From Delftia acidovorans NBRC 14950 (GTDB lineage: Bacteria > Pseudomonadota > Gammaproteobacteria > Burkholderiales > Burkholderiaceae_C), in assembly GCF_001598795.1 (NCBI RefSeq), contig NZ_BCZP01000001.1, forward strand, positions 90,001 through 122,000: a DNA stretch of 32,000 bases. Reading direction: 5' to 3'. Made by a program: the position numbers and the translations under genes. Positions within the stretch are counted from its first letter, which is position 1. Each line of letters begins with the position of its first letter. Positions 18,442 to 27,301 of this stretch are shown piece by piece. The notes under the pieces are model-generated. The model had not been told where the DNA came from and ran no database searches. It saw only the letters and a program-made list of their open reading frames with translations.

Positions 18442-19871
18442 GGCTGCAGCGCTCCCACGGTGGGTGGGGTGCCCGCGCCTTCACCTGAGCGGTCGCCATC
18501 CTGCCGGCCGAAGGCATACCAGTCCACATGCCGCGTGCAGACCATGATCAGGGCCAGCACCGCGAACAGCGCGATCGATCCCACGATGAGCGCGCTTTGC
18601 TCCAGTTGCAGCAGCACGTACAGCAGGCCGTAGAGTGCGGCGATGCCCGCCGCAAACGGCAGGCCGCGGCGCAGGCTGCCCAGGATGTGGCTGGCGTAGT
18701 AGGCCAGCAGCAGCACGCAGGCCGAGGCGGCAATGCCGTAGGCGCTGGCAAATCCCATGTGCTCCGACAGGCTGATCAGCAGCAGAAAGAAGCTGCACAG
18801 CGCCGATCCCACCAGCAGGTACTGGATGGGATGCACGCGCAGCTGCTTGAGCACCTCGAACAGGCCGACGGCCACGAAGGTCAGCACCACGAAGAGCAGG
18901 CCGTACTTGGTGGCGCGGTCGCTCAACGAGTAGGCGTTGATGGGGTCCACGAAGTCCGTATCCAGCGATTCCAGGCAAGGGCCGCTGTTGGGGGCATGGG
19001 CGGTGGCCGCGTATTCCTCCATGTCGCGGCGGCCGGGCTGGCACAGCGGCTGCTGGTCAGTGAAGGCCTGGCGTGCGGACGAGGCCAGGGCCGAGAGGTT
19101 CCAGCTGGCTTCGAAGCCCTTGGCGCTGATCTCCCGCCGGTTGGGCAGAAAGCTGCCACCGAACGAGGGATGGGGCCAGTCGGCCGACAACTGGACCTGG
19201 CTGTGGCTGCCCAGCGGCACGAAGGCCAGCTTTTCGGTGCCCACCAGTTCCAGGGCAATCTTCAGTTCAAGGGGCCCGTCCTTCTTGAGCAGGGCCGGCG
19301 CCAGTTCCGCCTGCAGGCCCTGCGAATAGCGCTCCAGTGATGTGCCGGGGCCCACGTCCAGGCTCTTGCCATCGGCTTCGATGGTGGCCGAGCGTATGCC
19401 GCGCGGATCGGTGAGCGACAGCGCCACCCGCAGTGCGCCGCAGCGCACGGTCTGGTTGGCCGCCGTGTCGATGGAGGGCCTTTCCAGGTACTGGGCGGCG
19501 TTCGTGAAGCTGGCGCTGATGCTGTCCTGCATGGCATAGGTGCTGACCTGGTGCAGGCCGCGCGAGCGCTCCTCCATGCGCGCCGTGGCCTGGTGGCGCA
19601 GTTGGTCGGGCAGCAGCATGCGCTGGAACTGGCGCGTGGTCCATTCGGTCTTGCTGCCTTTTTCCAAGCCCGTGGTCTCGGTGCAGTTTTGCACCAGCAC
19701 CGGGCCCATCAGCGTCTGGCGGCCAGCCAGGCTGGCGACCACGCCCTGCACGGCGTTGTCGCGGTTGCGTATGCGGTCCCGCACCACGTCGTGTATCAGG
19801 CCCAGGCCCAGCATCAAAAGGCCCAGCATGACCAGCAGGGCCACGCCTTTGGCAAGCAGTCGGTTCTTCAT
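18438..19871 (-). CDS. creD: Inner-membrane protein CreD
   Basis: ATG 19871. MKNRLLAKGVALLVMLGLLMLGLGLIHDVVRDRIRNRDNAVQGV... parallels the E. coli CreD N-terminus. Large periplasmic region, then a C-terminal cluster of TM helices. The ORF-track extension to 20822 is read-through across creC. Confidence 0.88.
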   Translation of the reverse strand: MKNRLLAKGVALLVMLGLLMLGLGLIHDVVRDRIRNRDNAVQGVVASLAGRQTLMGPVLVQNCTETTGLEKGSKTEWTTRQFQRMLLPDQLRHQATARMEERSRGLHQVSTYAMQDSISASFTNAAQYLERPSIDTAANQTVRCGALRVALSLTDPRGIRSATIEADGKSLDVGPGTSLERYSQGLQAELAPALLKKDGPLELKIALELVGTEKLAFVPLGSHSQVQLSADWPHPSFGGSFLPNRREISAKGFEASWNLSALASSARQAFTDQQPLCQPGRRDMEEYAATAHAPNSGPCLESLDTDFVDPINAYSLSDRATKYGLLFVVLTFVAVGLFEVLKQLRVHPIQYLLVGSALCSFFLLLISLSEHMGFASAYGIAASACVLLLAYYASHILGSLRRGLPFAAGIAALYGLLYVLLQLEQSALIVGSIALFAVLALIMVCTRHVDWYAFGRQDGDRSGEGAGTPPTVGALQP

Positions 19872-19936
19872 TCCACATCCCGTTCGTTGATCGTGGACGC
19901 AGTCTGGGCGGTGGCTGTGTGGCCGGAATGAAGTGT

Positions 19937-19952
19937 GTGAAGCGGGTGTGAA
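19937..19952 (-). promoter_or_regulatory. cre-tag-like CreB binding site, TTCAC-N6-TTCAC, upstream of creD
   Basis: The minus strand reads TTCACacccgcTTCAC, then acac and a third degenerate half-site TTCAT (19928-19932). It lies 65 nt upstream of the creD ATG, in the 113-nt creC-creD spacer. Confidence 0.5.
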
Positions 19953-19984
19953 GTCGGATTCGCAGGGCCGATAGGGGGTGGGCG

Positions 19985-21445
19985 TCAGTGTGCCCGCAGT
20001 GGCCAGTTCAGCGTGACACGCAGCCCGGGGTGGGCGTTGGTGGCCTGCATGCTGCCGCCGTGCAGCAGCATGATGCGCAGCACGATGGACAGGCCCAGTC
20101 CCGTGCCGCTGCGCTCCCCGTTGGGGCGGGGGGTGGTGAAAAAGCGCTCGCCCAGCCGGCCGAGTAGCGCCTCGGGCACGCCGGGGCCGTGGTCGCGCAC
20201 GCTGACGCGGCCGGGCTCCAGGTCCACGTGGATGCTGCTGCCCTCGGGGGCGAAGTCGATGGCGTTGCTGAGCAGGTTGCTCAGGGCCAGCACCACCAGG
20301 TCCTGCTCCCAGGGGCCACTGCTGTCCTGGCCTTGCAGAACCAGCTGGATGCGGCGCTGGTGCGCTGCGCTGTGGACTTGCGCCATTGCCTGTTCGGCAC
20401 AGGCCTGCAGGCTGCAGGCCGTGTGCGCGTGCAGGGCGCGGCGCTGCTCCAGCTGGCTCAGGCGCAGCAACTGGTCCACGAGGTTTTGCAGGCGCTGGCA
20501 CTGGTCCACCACCTGGCGCGCGAACAGTTCGCGGTCGGCCGGGGGCAGGTCTTCCTGCAGCAGCTCGCCTGCGCCACGGATGGCAGCCACGGGGCTCTTG
20601 AGCTCGTGCGTGAGGGCGCGCACATAGCCTTCGATGTAGTCGCGCCCTTCCAGGCGGCTGCGCATGTTCTCCATGGCGCGGGCCAGTTCGCCCAGCTCGC
20701 CGGGCATGCGCGGGGCTTCGGGCATGGGGGGCGCCGTGGTGGGCGAGGCGGCCTCGTTGAGCGTGGGCGCCTGTACCTGCTGGGCATAGCTGCGCAGGCG
20801 CCGCACATGGATGACCAGCCACCAGGTGACGGCAAAGCCCACGCCGGCCGACAGCAGCAGGAACAGCAGGCCGCCGCGCAGCATCTTGCTTTCCGCGCTG
20901 TCCACGATCTTCTGCACCGAGTGGGCGGGCTTGGAGGCGGTGAGCACGCCCGCCACGCGGCCATCGAGCATGATGGGTGCCGAGACATACATGACGCTGC
21001 TGGCCTCGTCGTTCTGCACCTCGCGCGTGGTGCGTGCGCCGTATTCGCCGCGCAGCGTGCGGTACACGTCGCGCCAGCGCGAGTAGTCGGCGCCCTGGTC
21101 CAGCCCGGCGGAGTCGAACAGCACCAGGCCCTTCTGGTCCGTGACGGTGACGCGCATGTCCAGGCTGGTCTTGCGCGTGTCCCAGATCCAGACCTTGACG
21201 GTCTGGTTGGCATAGGCCTGCATGTGGTGCGCGAAGCGGCTGTCCGCAGGGCTTTGCTGCAGCACGCCGCTGGCCATGTCGTCGCTGGCCAGCGCGGCCA
21301 GGGCGTAGGCGGTCTCGACCAGCGTGTCCTCGGTCACCTTGCGCACGCTGGGCTTGACCTCGACCATGAAGACGCGCAGCACGAAGAATGCGGCCAGGCC
21401 GTTGATGACGAAAAAGGCGAAGAACAGCCGCAGTCCGAGGCGCAT
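19985..21445 (-). CDS. creC: Two-component sensor histidine kinase CreC
   Basis: MRLGLRLFFAFFVINGLAAFFVLRVFMVEVKPSVRKVTEDTLVETA closely parallels the E. coli CreC N-terminus. H-box LTHELKSPVAAI. HATPase motifs LSNAIDF, DHGPGV, GTGLGLS. Confidence 0.9.
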   Translation of the reverse strand: MRLGLRLFFAFFVINGLAAFFVLRVFMVEVKPSVRKVTEDTLVETAYALAALASDDMASGVLQQSPADSRFAHHMQAYANQTVKVWIWDTRKTSLDMRVTVTDQKGLVLFDSAGLDQGADYSRWRDVYRTLRGEYGARTTREVQNDEASSVMYVSAPIMLDGRVAGVLTASKPAHSVQKIVDSAESKMLRGGLLFLLLSAGVGFAVTWWLVIHVRRLRSYAQQVQAPTLNEAASPTTAPPMPEAPRMPGELGELARAMENMRSRLEGRDYIEGYVRALTHELKSPVAAIRGAGELLQEDLPPADRELFARQVVDQCQRLQNLVDQLLRLSQLEQRRALHAHTACSLQACAEQAMAQVHSAAHQRRIQLVLQGQDSSGPWEQDLVVLALSNLLSNAIDFAPEGSSIHVDLEPGRVSVRDHGPGVPEALLGRLGERFFTTPRPNGERSGTGLGLSIVLRIMLLHGGSMQATNAHPGLRVTLNWPLRAH

Positions 21446-21461
21446 GGCGTGCTGCGGTGGC

Positions 21462-22166
21462 TCAGCCCGGCAGCGTCAGGCTGTAGCCCATGCCGCGGTG
21501 GGTGGTGATGAAGTCCTGCTGCGGCGCCTGGGCGCGCAGCTTGGCGCGCAGGGTCTTGACGTGCGTATCCACGGTGCGGTCCGTGCTGTCGCTGTCCTGG
21601 CCCCAGATGCTGTCGAGGAGGAACTCGCGGCTGAGGATGCGCCCGGGGCGCTCCAGCAGGCAGCGCAGCAGCTGGTACTCGCGCCGCGTCAGCTCCAGGG
21701 GCACGCCCTGCATGCGCACGCGCTGGCCTTGCGTATCGATGCTGAACAGGGCATCGGCCGGCGCTGCGCTGGCCGTTGGCGCGGGCTGCAGGCGCTGCGC
21801 ACGGCGCAGCAGGGCGCGGGTGCGGGCCACCAGCTCGCGCGGGCTGAAGGGTTTGGTCAGGTAGTCGTCGGCGCCCAGCTCCAGGCCCAGCACGCGGTCC
21901 ATTTCCTCGCCGCGTGCGCTGAGCACCAGCAGCGGCACGGCGGCGCCGGCCTGGCGCAGCTCGCGGCACCAGTCCAGGCCGTTGCCATCGGGCAGGCCCA
22001 CGTCCAGCAGCAGGGCATCGGGCGGCTGCGCCCGCCATTGCGCGCGTGCATCGGCCAACTGCAGGCAGTGGCGCACGGCAATGCCGTCACGCTCCAGCGC
22101 ATAGCAGACGGTGCGCGCGATGGCGGGGTCGTCCTCCACGAGCAGCACGCGCGGAGCGTTCGTCAT
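21462..22166 (-). CDS. creB: OmpR-family response regulator CreB
   Basis: MTNAPRVLLVEDDPAIARTV...LLLDVGLPDGNG...GADDYLTKPFSPRELV, plus a winged-helix C-terminus (TVDTHVKTLRAKL...GMGYSL). ATG 22166; ATG 22181 is an alternative. Confidence 0.9.
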   Translation of the reverse strand: MTNAPRVLLVEDDPAIARTVCYALERDGIAVRHCLQLADARAQWRAQPPDALLLDVGLPDGNGLDWCRELRQAGAAVPLLVLSARGEEMDRVLGLELGADDYLTKPFSPRELVARTRALLRRAQRLQPAPTASAAPADALFSIDTQGQRVRMQGVPLELTRREYQLLRCLLERPGRILSREFLLDSIWGQDSDSTDRTVDTHVKTLRAKLRAQAPQQDFITTHRGMGYSLTLPG

Positions 22167-22210
22167 CGGCAAGCCTTGCATCGCAGTGTTCCGGAGGCGG
22201 GGCCTGGCGC

Positions 22211-23113
22211 TCAGACGTCGTGCGCAAGCAAGTCGGCAGGCTTGAGCGTGGGCCGGCTGTCCAGCGAGCGGTGCCGGCACAGCGTGGGCCAGCGCGGGGC
22301 GAAGTGCCGCGCCAGTTCCTCGACCAGGAAGACCGAGCGGTGCTGGCCCCCGGTGCAGCCGATGGCCACGGTGACATAGCTGCGGTGGTTGCTGGCCATC
22401 ATGTCCAGCCAGGACTCCAGGAACTGCTGGATGTCGCGGCGCATCTGGTCCACGCCGGGCTGCTGGCGCAGGAACTCGGCCACGGGCGCGTCCATGCCGG
22501 TCAGCGGGCGCAGCTGGGGTTCGTAGTGCGGGTTGGGCAGCATGCGCACATCGAACACATAGTCGGAATCCGAGGGCAGGCCGTGCTTGAAGCCGAAGGA
22601 CTGGAAGACCAGCGTCATCTGGCCCACCGGGGCCGCAATCAGCTCCTTGATATAGCTTTGCAGCTGGGACGAGCGCAGGTGGCTGGTGTCGATGACGTGC
22701 GACTTCTCGCGCAGGTCGCCCAGCAGTTCACGCTCGGTTTCTATGTCCTGCACCAGGGCGCGGCGGCCTTCGGCGACCGGCCCCTGCGACAGCGGATGGC
22801 GGCGCCGGGTTTCGGAGAAGCGCCGCACCAGGGTGCCCGTGGTGGCGTCCAGAAAGACCAGGTGGGGCACGACGCCCTGGCGCTGCAGCCGTTCCAGCTG
22901 ACCGGGCAGGTGGGGCAGTCCGCCGGCGCTGCGCGCATCCATGGCGATGGCCACCTTGTTGCTGTGGCGGCCGTGCTCCAGTTCGACGAAGGCGGACAGC
23001 AGCTCGGGGGGCAGGTTGTCCACGCAGTAGTAGCCGGCATCCTCCAGCGCATGCAGGGCGACGGATTTGCCCGATCCGGACATCCCGGTGATCAGCACGA
23101 TCTCAAGCGACAT
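22211..23113 (-). CDS. rapZ: RNase adapter protein RapZ (YhbJ family P-loop protein)
   Basis: [35 protein letters not shown] parallels E. coli RapZ. C-terminal motif [15 protein letters not shown] Shine-Dalgarno 9 nt upstream of the ATG, inside the last recN codons. Confidence 0.92.
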   Translation of the reverse strand: MSLEIVLITGMSGSGKSVALHALEDAGYYCVDNLPPELLSAFVELEHGRHSNKVAIAMDARSAGGLPHLPGQLERLQRQGVVPHLVFLDATTGTLVRRFSETRRRHPLSQGPVAEGRRALVQDIETERELLGDLREKSHVIDTSHLRSSQLQSYIKELIAAPVGQMTLVFQSFGFKHGLPSDSDYVFDVRMLPNPHYEPQLRPLTGMDAPVAEFLRQQPGVDQMRRDIQQFLESWLDMMASNHRSYVTVAIGCTGGQHRSVFLVEELARHFAPRWPTLCRHRSLDSRPTLKPADLLAHDV

Positions 23114-23117
23114 GGCA

Positions 23118-24893
23118 TCAGCCTCCATTGGTGTTGCGCGCGCCGTTGGCCGCGCGTCCCGGCTTGGACCGTGTGCGGTCGGCATCGGACTGTGGCCGCT
23201 GCCGGCCGGCCCGTCGCGGGGGTGGGCGGGGCGCGGGTGCCTGGCGCGCCATGGCCAGCATTTCGCGGGCATGGGCCATCGTGGTTTCGGACTGTCGCTC
23301 GCCACCCAGCATGCGCGCCAGCTCGGCCTCGCGTGCGGCGCTGTCCAGCGGCTGCACGGTGCTGAGCGTGCCTTGCCTGGCGCGCTGCTTGGCCACCAGG
23401 TAGTGCTGGTCGGCGCAGGCGGCAACCTGCGGCAGGTGGGTGACGGACAGCACCTGCCGCGATCGGCCCAGTGCGTGCATGAGGCGGCCCACGGTCTCGG
23501 CGACGGCGCCGCCCACGCCCGAGTCCACCTCGTCGAAGATCAGCGTGCCGGCCTCGCCCAGCTCGCTGGTGGTCACGGCAATCGCCAGCGAAATGCGCGA
23601 CAGCTCGCCGCCCGACGCCACCTTGGCAATCGGCTTGGGACTGGCGCCCGGGTGGCCGGCAACCAGAAAGGCCACGCTGTCCACGCCAAAGGCACCAGGG
23701 GAGTCGGCCGTGGACAGGGCGGCCTCGAACAGGCCGCCTTCCATGCCCAGGCCTTGCATGGCCTGGGTGATGGCGCGCGACAGGCGTGGCGCGGCCAGGG
23801 CGCGTTGCTGCGACAGCACCCGGGCGCTTGCCTGGTAGTGCTGCTGCGCCGATTGCTCGGCAGCATGCAGGGCCTCGATGTCCACGGCGGCGTCCAACTG
23901 CTGCAGTTCCTGGCGCCATCCGGCCAGCAGCGCCGGCAGTTCATCGGGTGTGCGGCGGTAGCGGCGCGCCAGCTGCATCCACAGCGATAGGCGCTCATCG
24001 AGTTCGGCCAGGCGCTCGGGGTCCAGGTCGGCGCGGCGCAGATAGCTTTGCAGCGAATGGCGCGCATCCTGCGCCTGGGCCATGCATGAGGCCAGCACGT
24101 CGGCAATGTTCTGGAAGTCGGGCTCCAGGTGTTCCTGGTTCTGGATCAGGTGGCTGGCGCGGCCCAGCGGAGTGATCACGCCGGCCTCGTCGTCCTCCAG
24201 CATCTGCAGCGTGGTCTGGGCGGTGTCGATCAGCGTCTGGGCATGCGACAGGCGCGTGTGCTGGGCATTGAGCTCGTCCCACTCGTCGGCCTGCGGGGCC
24301 AGCTTGTCGAGTTCGGTGATCTGCCACTGCAGCCGCTCGCGCTCGCGCTGCAGGCTGTCCTGGGCGGATTGCGCATGCTGCAGCGCCTGCCGGGCCTGGG
24401 ACCAACGGCTCCAGCAGCCCTGGACCTCGCGGCTGTCGATGCCGGCATAGGCATCGAGCAGCGCGCGCGCCGCATCGGGCCGCGTGAGGCTTTGCCAGGC
24501 ATGCTGGCCGTGAATGTCGATGAGCTGCTCGCCCAGGGCGCGCAGCTGCGTGGCCGTGGCTGGTGTGCCGTTGATCCAGGCGCGGCTGCGGCCCTGGGTG
24601 TCCACCGTGCGCCGCAGCAGCAGGCTGCTGTCCTCGCAGGCCAGGCCTGCGGCCTCCAGCCAGGGGCGCAGCCGCGCGCAGCCGTCGAACTCCACGCAGA
24701 TATCGGCCTGGGTGCAGCCTTCGCGCACCACGTCGGCGTCGGCGCGGGCGCCCAGGGCCAGCTGCAATGCGTCGATCAGTATGGATTTGCCGGCGCCGGT
24801 CTCGCCGGTCAGCACGGTGAAGCCCGCATGCCAGTCCAGATCCAGGGCCTGCACGATCACGAAGTCGCGCAGAACGATGCGCTTGAGCGCCAT
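23118..24893 (-). CDS. recN: DNA repair protein RecN
   Basis: [43 protein letters not shown] (Walker A), long coiled-coil middle, C-terminal [13 protein letters not shown] and [15 protein letters not shown] 24893 lies 2 nt after the nadK stop. Basic, Pro-rich C-terminal tail. Confidence 0.92.
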   Translation of the reverse strand: MALKRIVLRDFVIVQALDLDWHAGFTVLTGETGAGKSILIDALQLALGARADADVVREGCTQADICVEFDGCARLRPWLEAAGLACEDSSLLLRRTVDTQGRSRAWINGTPATATQLRALGEQLIDIHGQHAWQSLTRPDAARALLDAYAGIDSREVQGCWSRWSQARQALQHAQSAQDSLQRERERLQWQITELDKLAPQADEWDELNAQHTRLSHAQTLIDTAQTTLQMLEDDEAGVITPLGRASHLIQNQEHLEPDFQNIADVLASCMAQAQDARHSLQSYLRRADLDPERLAELDERLSLWMQLARRYRRTPDELPALLAGWRQELQQLDAAVDIEALHAAEQSAQQHYQASARVLSQQRALAAPRLSRAITQAMQGLGMEGGLFEAALSTADSPGAFGVDSVAFLVAGHPGASPKPIAKVASGGELSRISLAIAVTTSELGEAGTLIFDEVDSGVGGAVAETVGRLMHALGRSRQVLSVTHLPQVAACADQHYLVAKQRARQGTLSTVQPLDSAAREAELARMLGGERQSETTMAHAREMLAMARQAPAPRPPPRRAGRQRPQSDADRTRSKPGRAANGARNTNGG

Positions 24894-24895
24894 GG

Positions 24896-25792
24896 TCAGG
24901 CGCCTCCCTCGTTCCAGCCCAGTTTCTTGCGCAGCGTGGCGAAGTAGTTCCAACCCTTGGGATGCAGAAAGCGCACGCTGTGGTGGGCGCGGCTCACGAG
25001 GATGCGGTCGCCATGCTGCAGCGAGGCCAGGGACTGCATGTCGAAATTGGCGCTGACATCGCGCCCGGCCACGACTTCGATCGTGACCTCGTTGGCATCG
25101 GACAGCACGATGGGGCGGTTGGACAGGTTGTGCGGCGCAATGGGTGCCATCACCCAGGCGGGGATGGAAGGGTGCATCATCGGCCCGCCGGCGGACAGCG
25201 CATAGGCCGTGGAGCCCGTGGGCGTGGCCACGATCAGGCCGTCGGCGCGCTGGTTGGAGACAAAGCGGCCGCCCACCTCGATGCGCAGCTCCACCATGCC
25301 CGAGGTGCCGCCGCGGTTGACCACCACGTCGTTCATGGCCAGGGCCTCGAACACGCACTGGCCGTCGCGGATCACGCGGGCGCACATCAGGGGACGCAGG
25401 TCCTCCTCGTATTCGCCCTGCAGCATGGGCGTGAGCGTGGCCTCGAAGTCCTCCAGCGCGATGTCGGTGACAAAGCCCAGGCGGCCCTGGTTCACCCCGA
25501 TCAGGGGCGTTCCGTATTGCGCCAGGTGCCGGCTCACGCCGAGCATGGTGCCGTCGCCGCCGACGACCAGGCCCAGGTCGCAATGCCTGCCCAGGCCATC
25601 GACATCGAGGGTGGGGTAGTCTGTGAGCCCTGCGTGCAGGGCCGATTGGGTATCAAGCACGACTTCGCAGCCCTGGCGCCTGAGGAAGTCCGCAATGCGC
25701 TCAAGCGCGTTGCTGGCATTCTCGGACGGGGCGCTTGCGCTGGGAGCGTGGTACTTCCCGATCAAGGCAACGTGGCGAAACGTGGACGTCAT
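24896..25792 (-). CDS. nadK: NAD(+) kinase
   Basis: 298 aa. GGDGTMLG motif, [30 protein letters not shown]. Confidence 0.92.
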   Translation of the reverse strand: MTSTFRHVALIGKYHAPSASAPSENASNALERIADFLRRQGCEVVLDTQSALHAGLTDYPTLDVDGLGRHCDLGLVVGGDGTMLGVSRHLAQYGTPLIGVNQGRLGFVTDIALEDFEATLTPMLQGEYEEDLRPLMCARVIRDGQCVFEALAMNDVVVNRGGTSGMVELRIEVGGRFVSNQRADGLIVATPTGSTAYALSAGGPMMHPSIPAWVMAPIAPHNLSNRPIVLSDANEVTIEVVAGRDVSANFDMQSLASLQHGDRILVSRAHHSVRFLHPKGWNYFATLRKKLGWNEGGA

Positions 25793-25822
25793 TTCTGGAA
25801 ATTACATCATTAAAATCATCAC

Positions 25823-26827
25823 ATGCTCGACGAACGTGCCAAGTTGTTGCTCAAAGCGCTGATCGAGCGTTATATCGCTGACGGCCAGCCTGTGGGCTCG
25901 CGAACCCTGTCGCGTGCGTCGGGGCTTGAATTGTCGCCTGCCACGATACGCAATGTGATGGCTGACCTCGAAGACCTGGGGTTGATCATCAGCCCGCACA
26001 CCTCGGCGGGCCGCATTCCGACCGCCCGGGGCTACCGGCTGTTCGTGGACACCATGCTCACGGCAGACCGTGCCGATATCGTGACGCCCGAGCTCGCGCC
26101 CGAGCAGCCGCAGAAAGTCATCGCCAACGCCGCCAACCTGCTGTCCAGCCTTTCCCAGTTTGTGGGCGTGGTGCTGGTGCCGCGCCGCACCTCGGTGTTC
26201 AAGCACATCGAATTCGTGCGGCTGTCGGAGCGGCGCTTTCTGGTCATCATCGTATCGCCCGACGGTGACGTGCAAAACCGCGTCATCTTCACCGACGTGG
26301 ACTACTCGTCCTCGCAGCTGATCGAAGCCTCCAACTTCCTCAACAGCCACTACGCGGGCCTGGCCATGGAAGAGGTGCGCGAGCGCCTCAAGGGCGAGGT
26401 GGAGCTGCTGCGCGGCGAGGTGGCCACGCTCATGCAGGCGGCCGTCAACATCGGCACGGAGGCCATGACCAGCGCCCAGGAGGACGTGGTCATCGCGGGC
26501 GAGCGCAACCTGCTGTCGGTCAGCGATTTCTCCAGCGACATGGGCAATCTGCGCCGCGCCTTCGACCTGTTCGAGCAAAAGACCCAGATCCTCAGGCTGC
26601 TGGATTTTTCCAGCCAGGCGGAAGGCGTGCGCATCTACATCGGCGGTGAAAGCCAGGTCGTGCCCTTCGAGGAGCTGTCCGTGGTCAGCGCGCCCTACGA
26701 GCTCGACGGCAAGGTGGTGGGCACGCTGGGCGTGATCGGGCCCACCCGCATGCACTACGACCGTATGATCCAGATCGTGGACATCACCTCCAAGCTCGTC
26801 AGCAATGCGCTGAGTCACAAGCGCTGA
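25823..26827 (+). CDS. hrcA: Heat-inducible transcriptional repressor HrcA
   Basis: [55 protein letters not shown] is the canonical HrcA winged-helix N-terminus. 334 aa. Confidence 0.93.
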   Translation: MLDERAKLLLKALIERYIADGQPVGSRTLSRASGLELSPATIRNVMADLEDLGLIISPHTSAGRIPTARGYRLFVDTMLTADRADIVTPELAPEQPQKVIANAANLLSSLSQFVGVVLVPRRTSVFKHIEFVRLSERRFLVIIVSPDGDVQNRVIFTDVDYSSSQLIEASNFLNSHYAGLAMEEVRERLKGEVELLRGEVATLMQAAVNIGTEAMTSAQEDVVIAGERNLLSVSDFSSDMGNLRRAFDLFEQKTQILRLLDFSSQAEGVRIYIGGESQVVPFEELSVVSAPYELDGKVVGTLGVIGPTRMHYDRMIQIVDITSKLVSNALSHKR

Positions 26828-26894
26828 GTCCTGCGGGTTAGGCTCTACAATAGTTGTTTGCCATGGCCTGCATCCGTGCTGCCTTGGTGAATCA

Positions 26895-26973
<79 letters not shown>

Positions 26974-26985
26974 TCCATTGGTATG

Positions 26986-27021
26986 AAAAGCCTGCCGCCT
27001 TTCCGGGCGGCAGGCTTTTTT
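26986..27021 (+). terminator. Rho-independent terminator after the CAT-anticodon tRNA
   Basis: AAAAGCCTGCCGCC-tttccg-GGCGGCAGGCTTTT, with the T-run continuing to 27021. Confidence 0.7.
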
Positions 27022-27150
27022 GCTGGGCGCACGGCATGCCGCATGGCATGCCTCGCCCGGTTGCCGGGGAATGCGGCTGCCGGGTTTTTTGCAGAAATAT
27101 GGCGCTTTTGTCCGGGAGCCCCAAAACCCGCTGCTACAATGCGAAGCGTT

Positions 27151-27227
27151 GCGGCTGTAGCTCAGCTGGATAGAGTACTTGGCTACGAACCAAGGGGTCG
27201 TGGGTTCGATTCCTGCCAGCCGCACCA
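27151..27227 (+). tRNA. tRNA-Arg (anticodon ACG)
   Basis: GCGGCTG-TA-GCTCAGCTGGATAGAGT-A-CTTGG-CTACGAA-CCAAG...TTCGATT...CAGCCGC-A-CCA. Nearly identical in D and anticodon arms to E. coli tRNA-Arg(ACG). Confidence 0.92.
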
Positions 27228-27235
27228 AAAAACGC

Positions 27236-27279
27236 AAAGCCCTGAAGTTGAAAGACTTCAGGGCTTTTTCGTTTTTCGC
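27236..27279. terminator. Bidirectional rho-independent terminator between tRNA-Arg and the convergent CHASE2 kinase gene
   Basis: AAAGCCCTGAAGT-tgaaag-ACTTCAGGGCTTT, a 13-bp stem. It is flanked by a T-run on the plus strand (ttcgttttt) and an A-run upstream, which is a T-run on the minus strand. Confidence 0.65.
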
Positions 27280-27301
27280 ATCCGCATCCCTGGGATGCCA
27301 G

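Noticed and set aside
18438-20822. Very long ORFs implying fused or extended proteins: 18438-20822, 23118-25583, 12083-14452, 10604-11689, 7941-8687, 6402-7469, 21462-22280, 22211-23425, 9494-10540.
   Set aside because: - In each case the conserved family N-terminus begins at an internal ATG: CreD MKNRLL, RecN MALKRIV, TPR MDHRLRL with a signal peptide, IspE MRSLHD, Pth MIKLFVG, DppB MSIFLL, CreB MTNAPRV, RapZ MSLEIV, Prs MHSHHP.
- The upstream part overlaps the neighbouring gene or the tRNA.
- The starts were trimmed accordingly.
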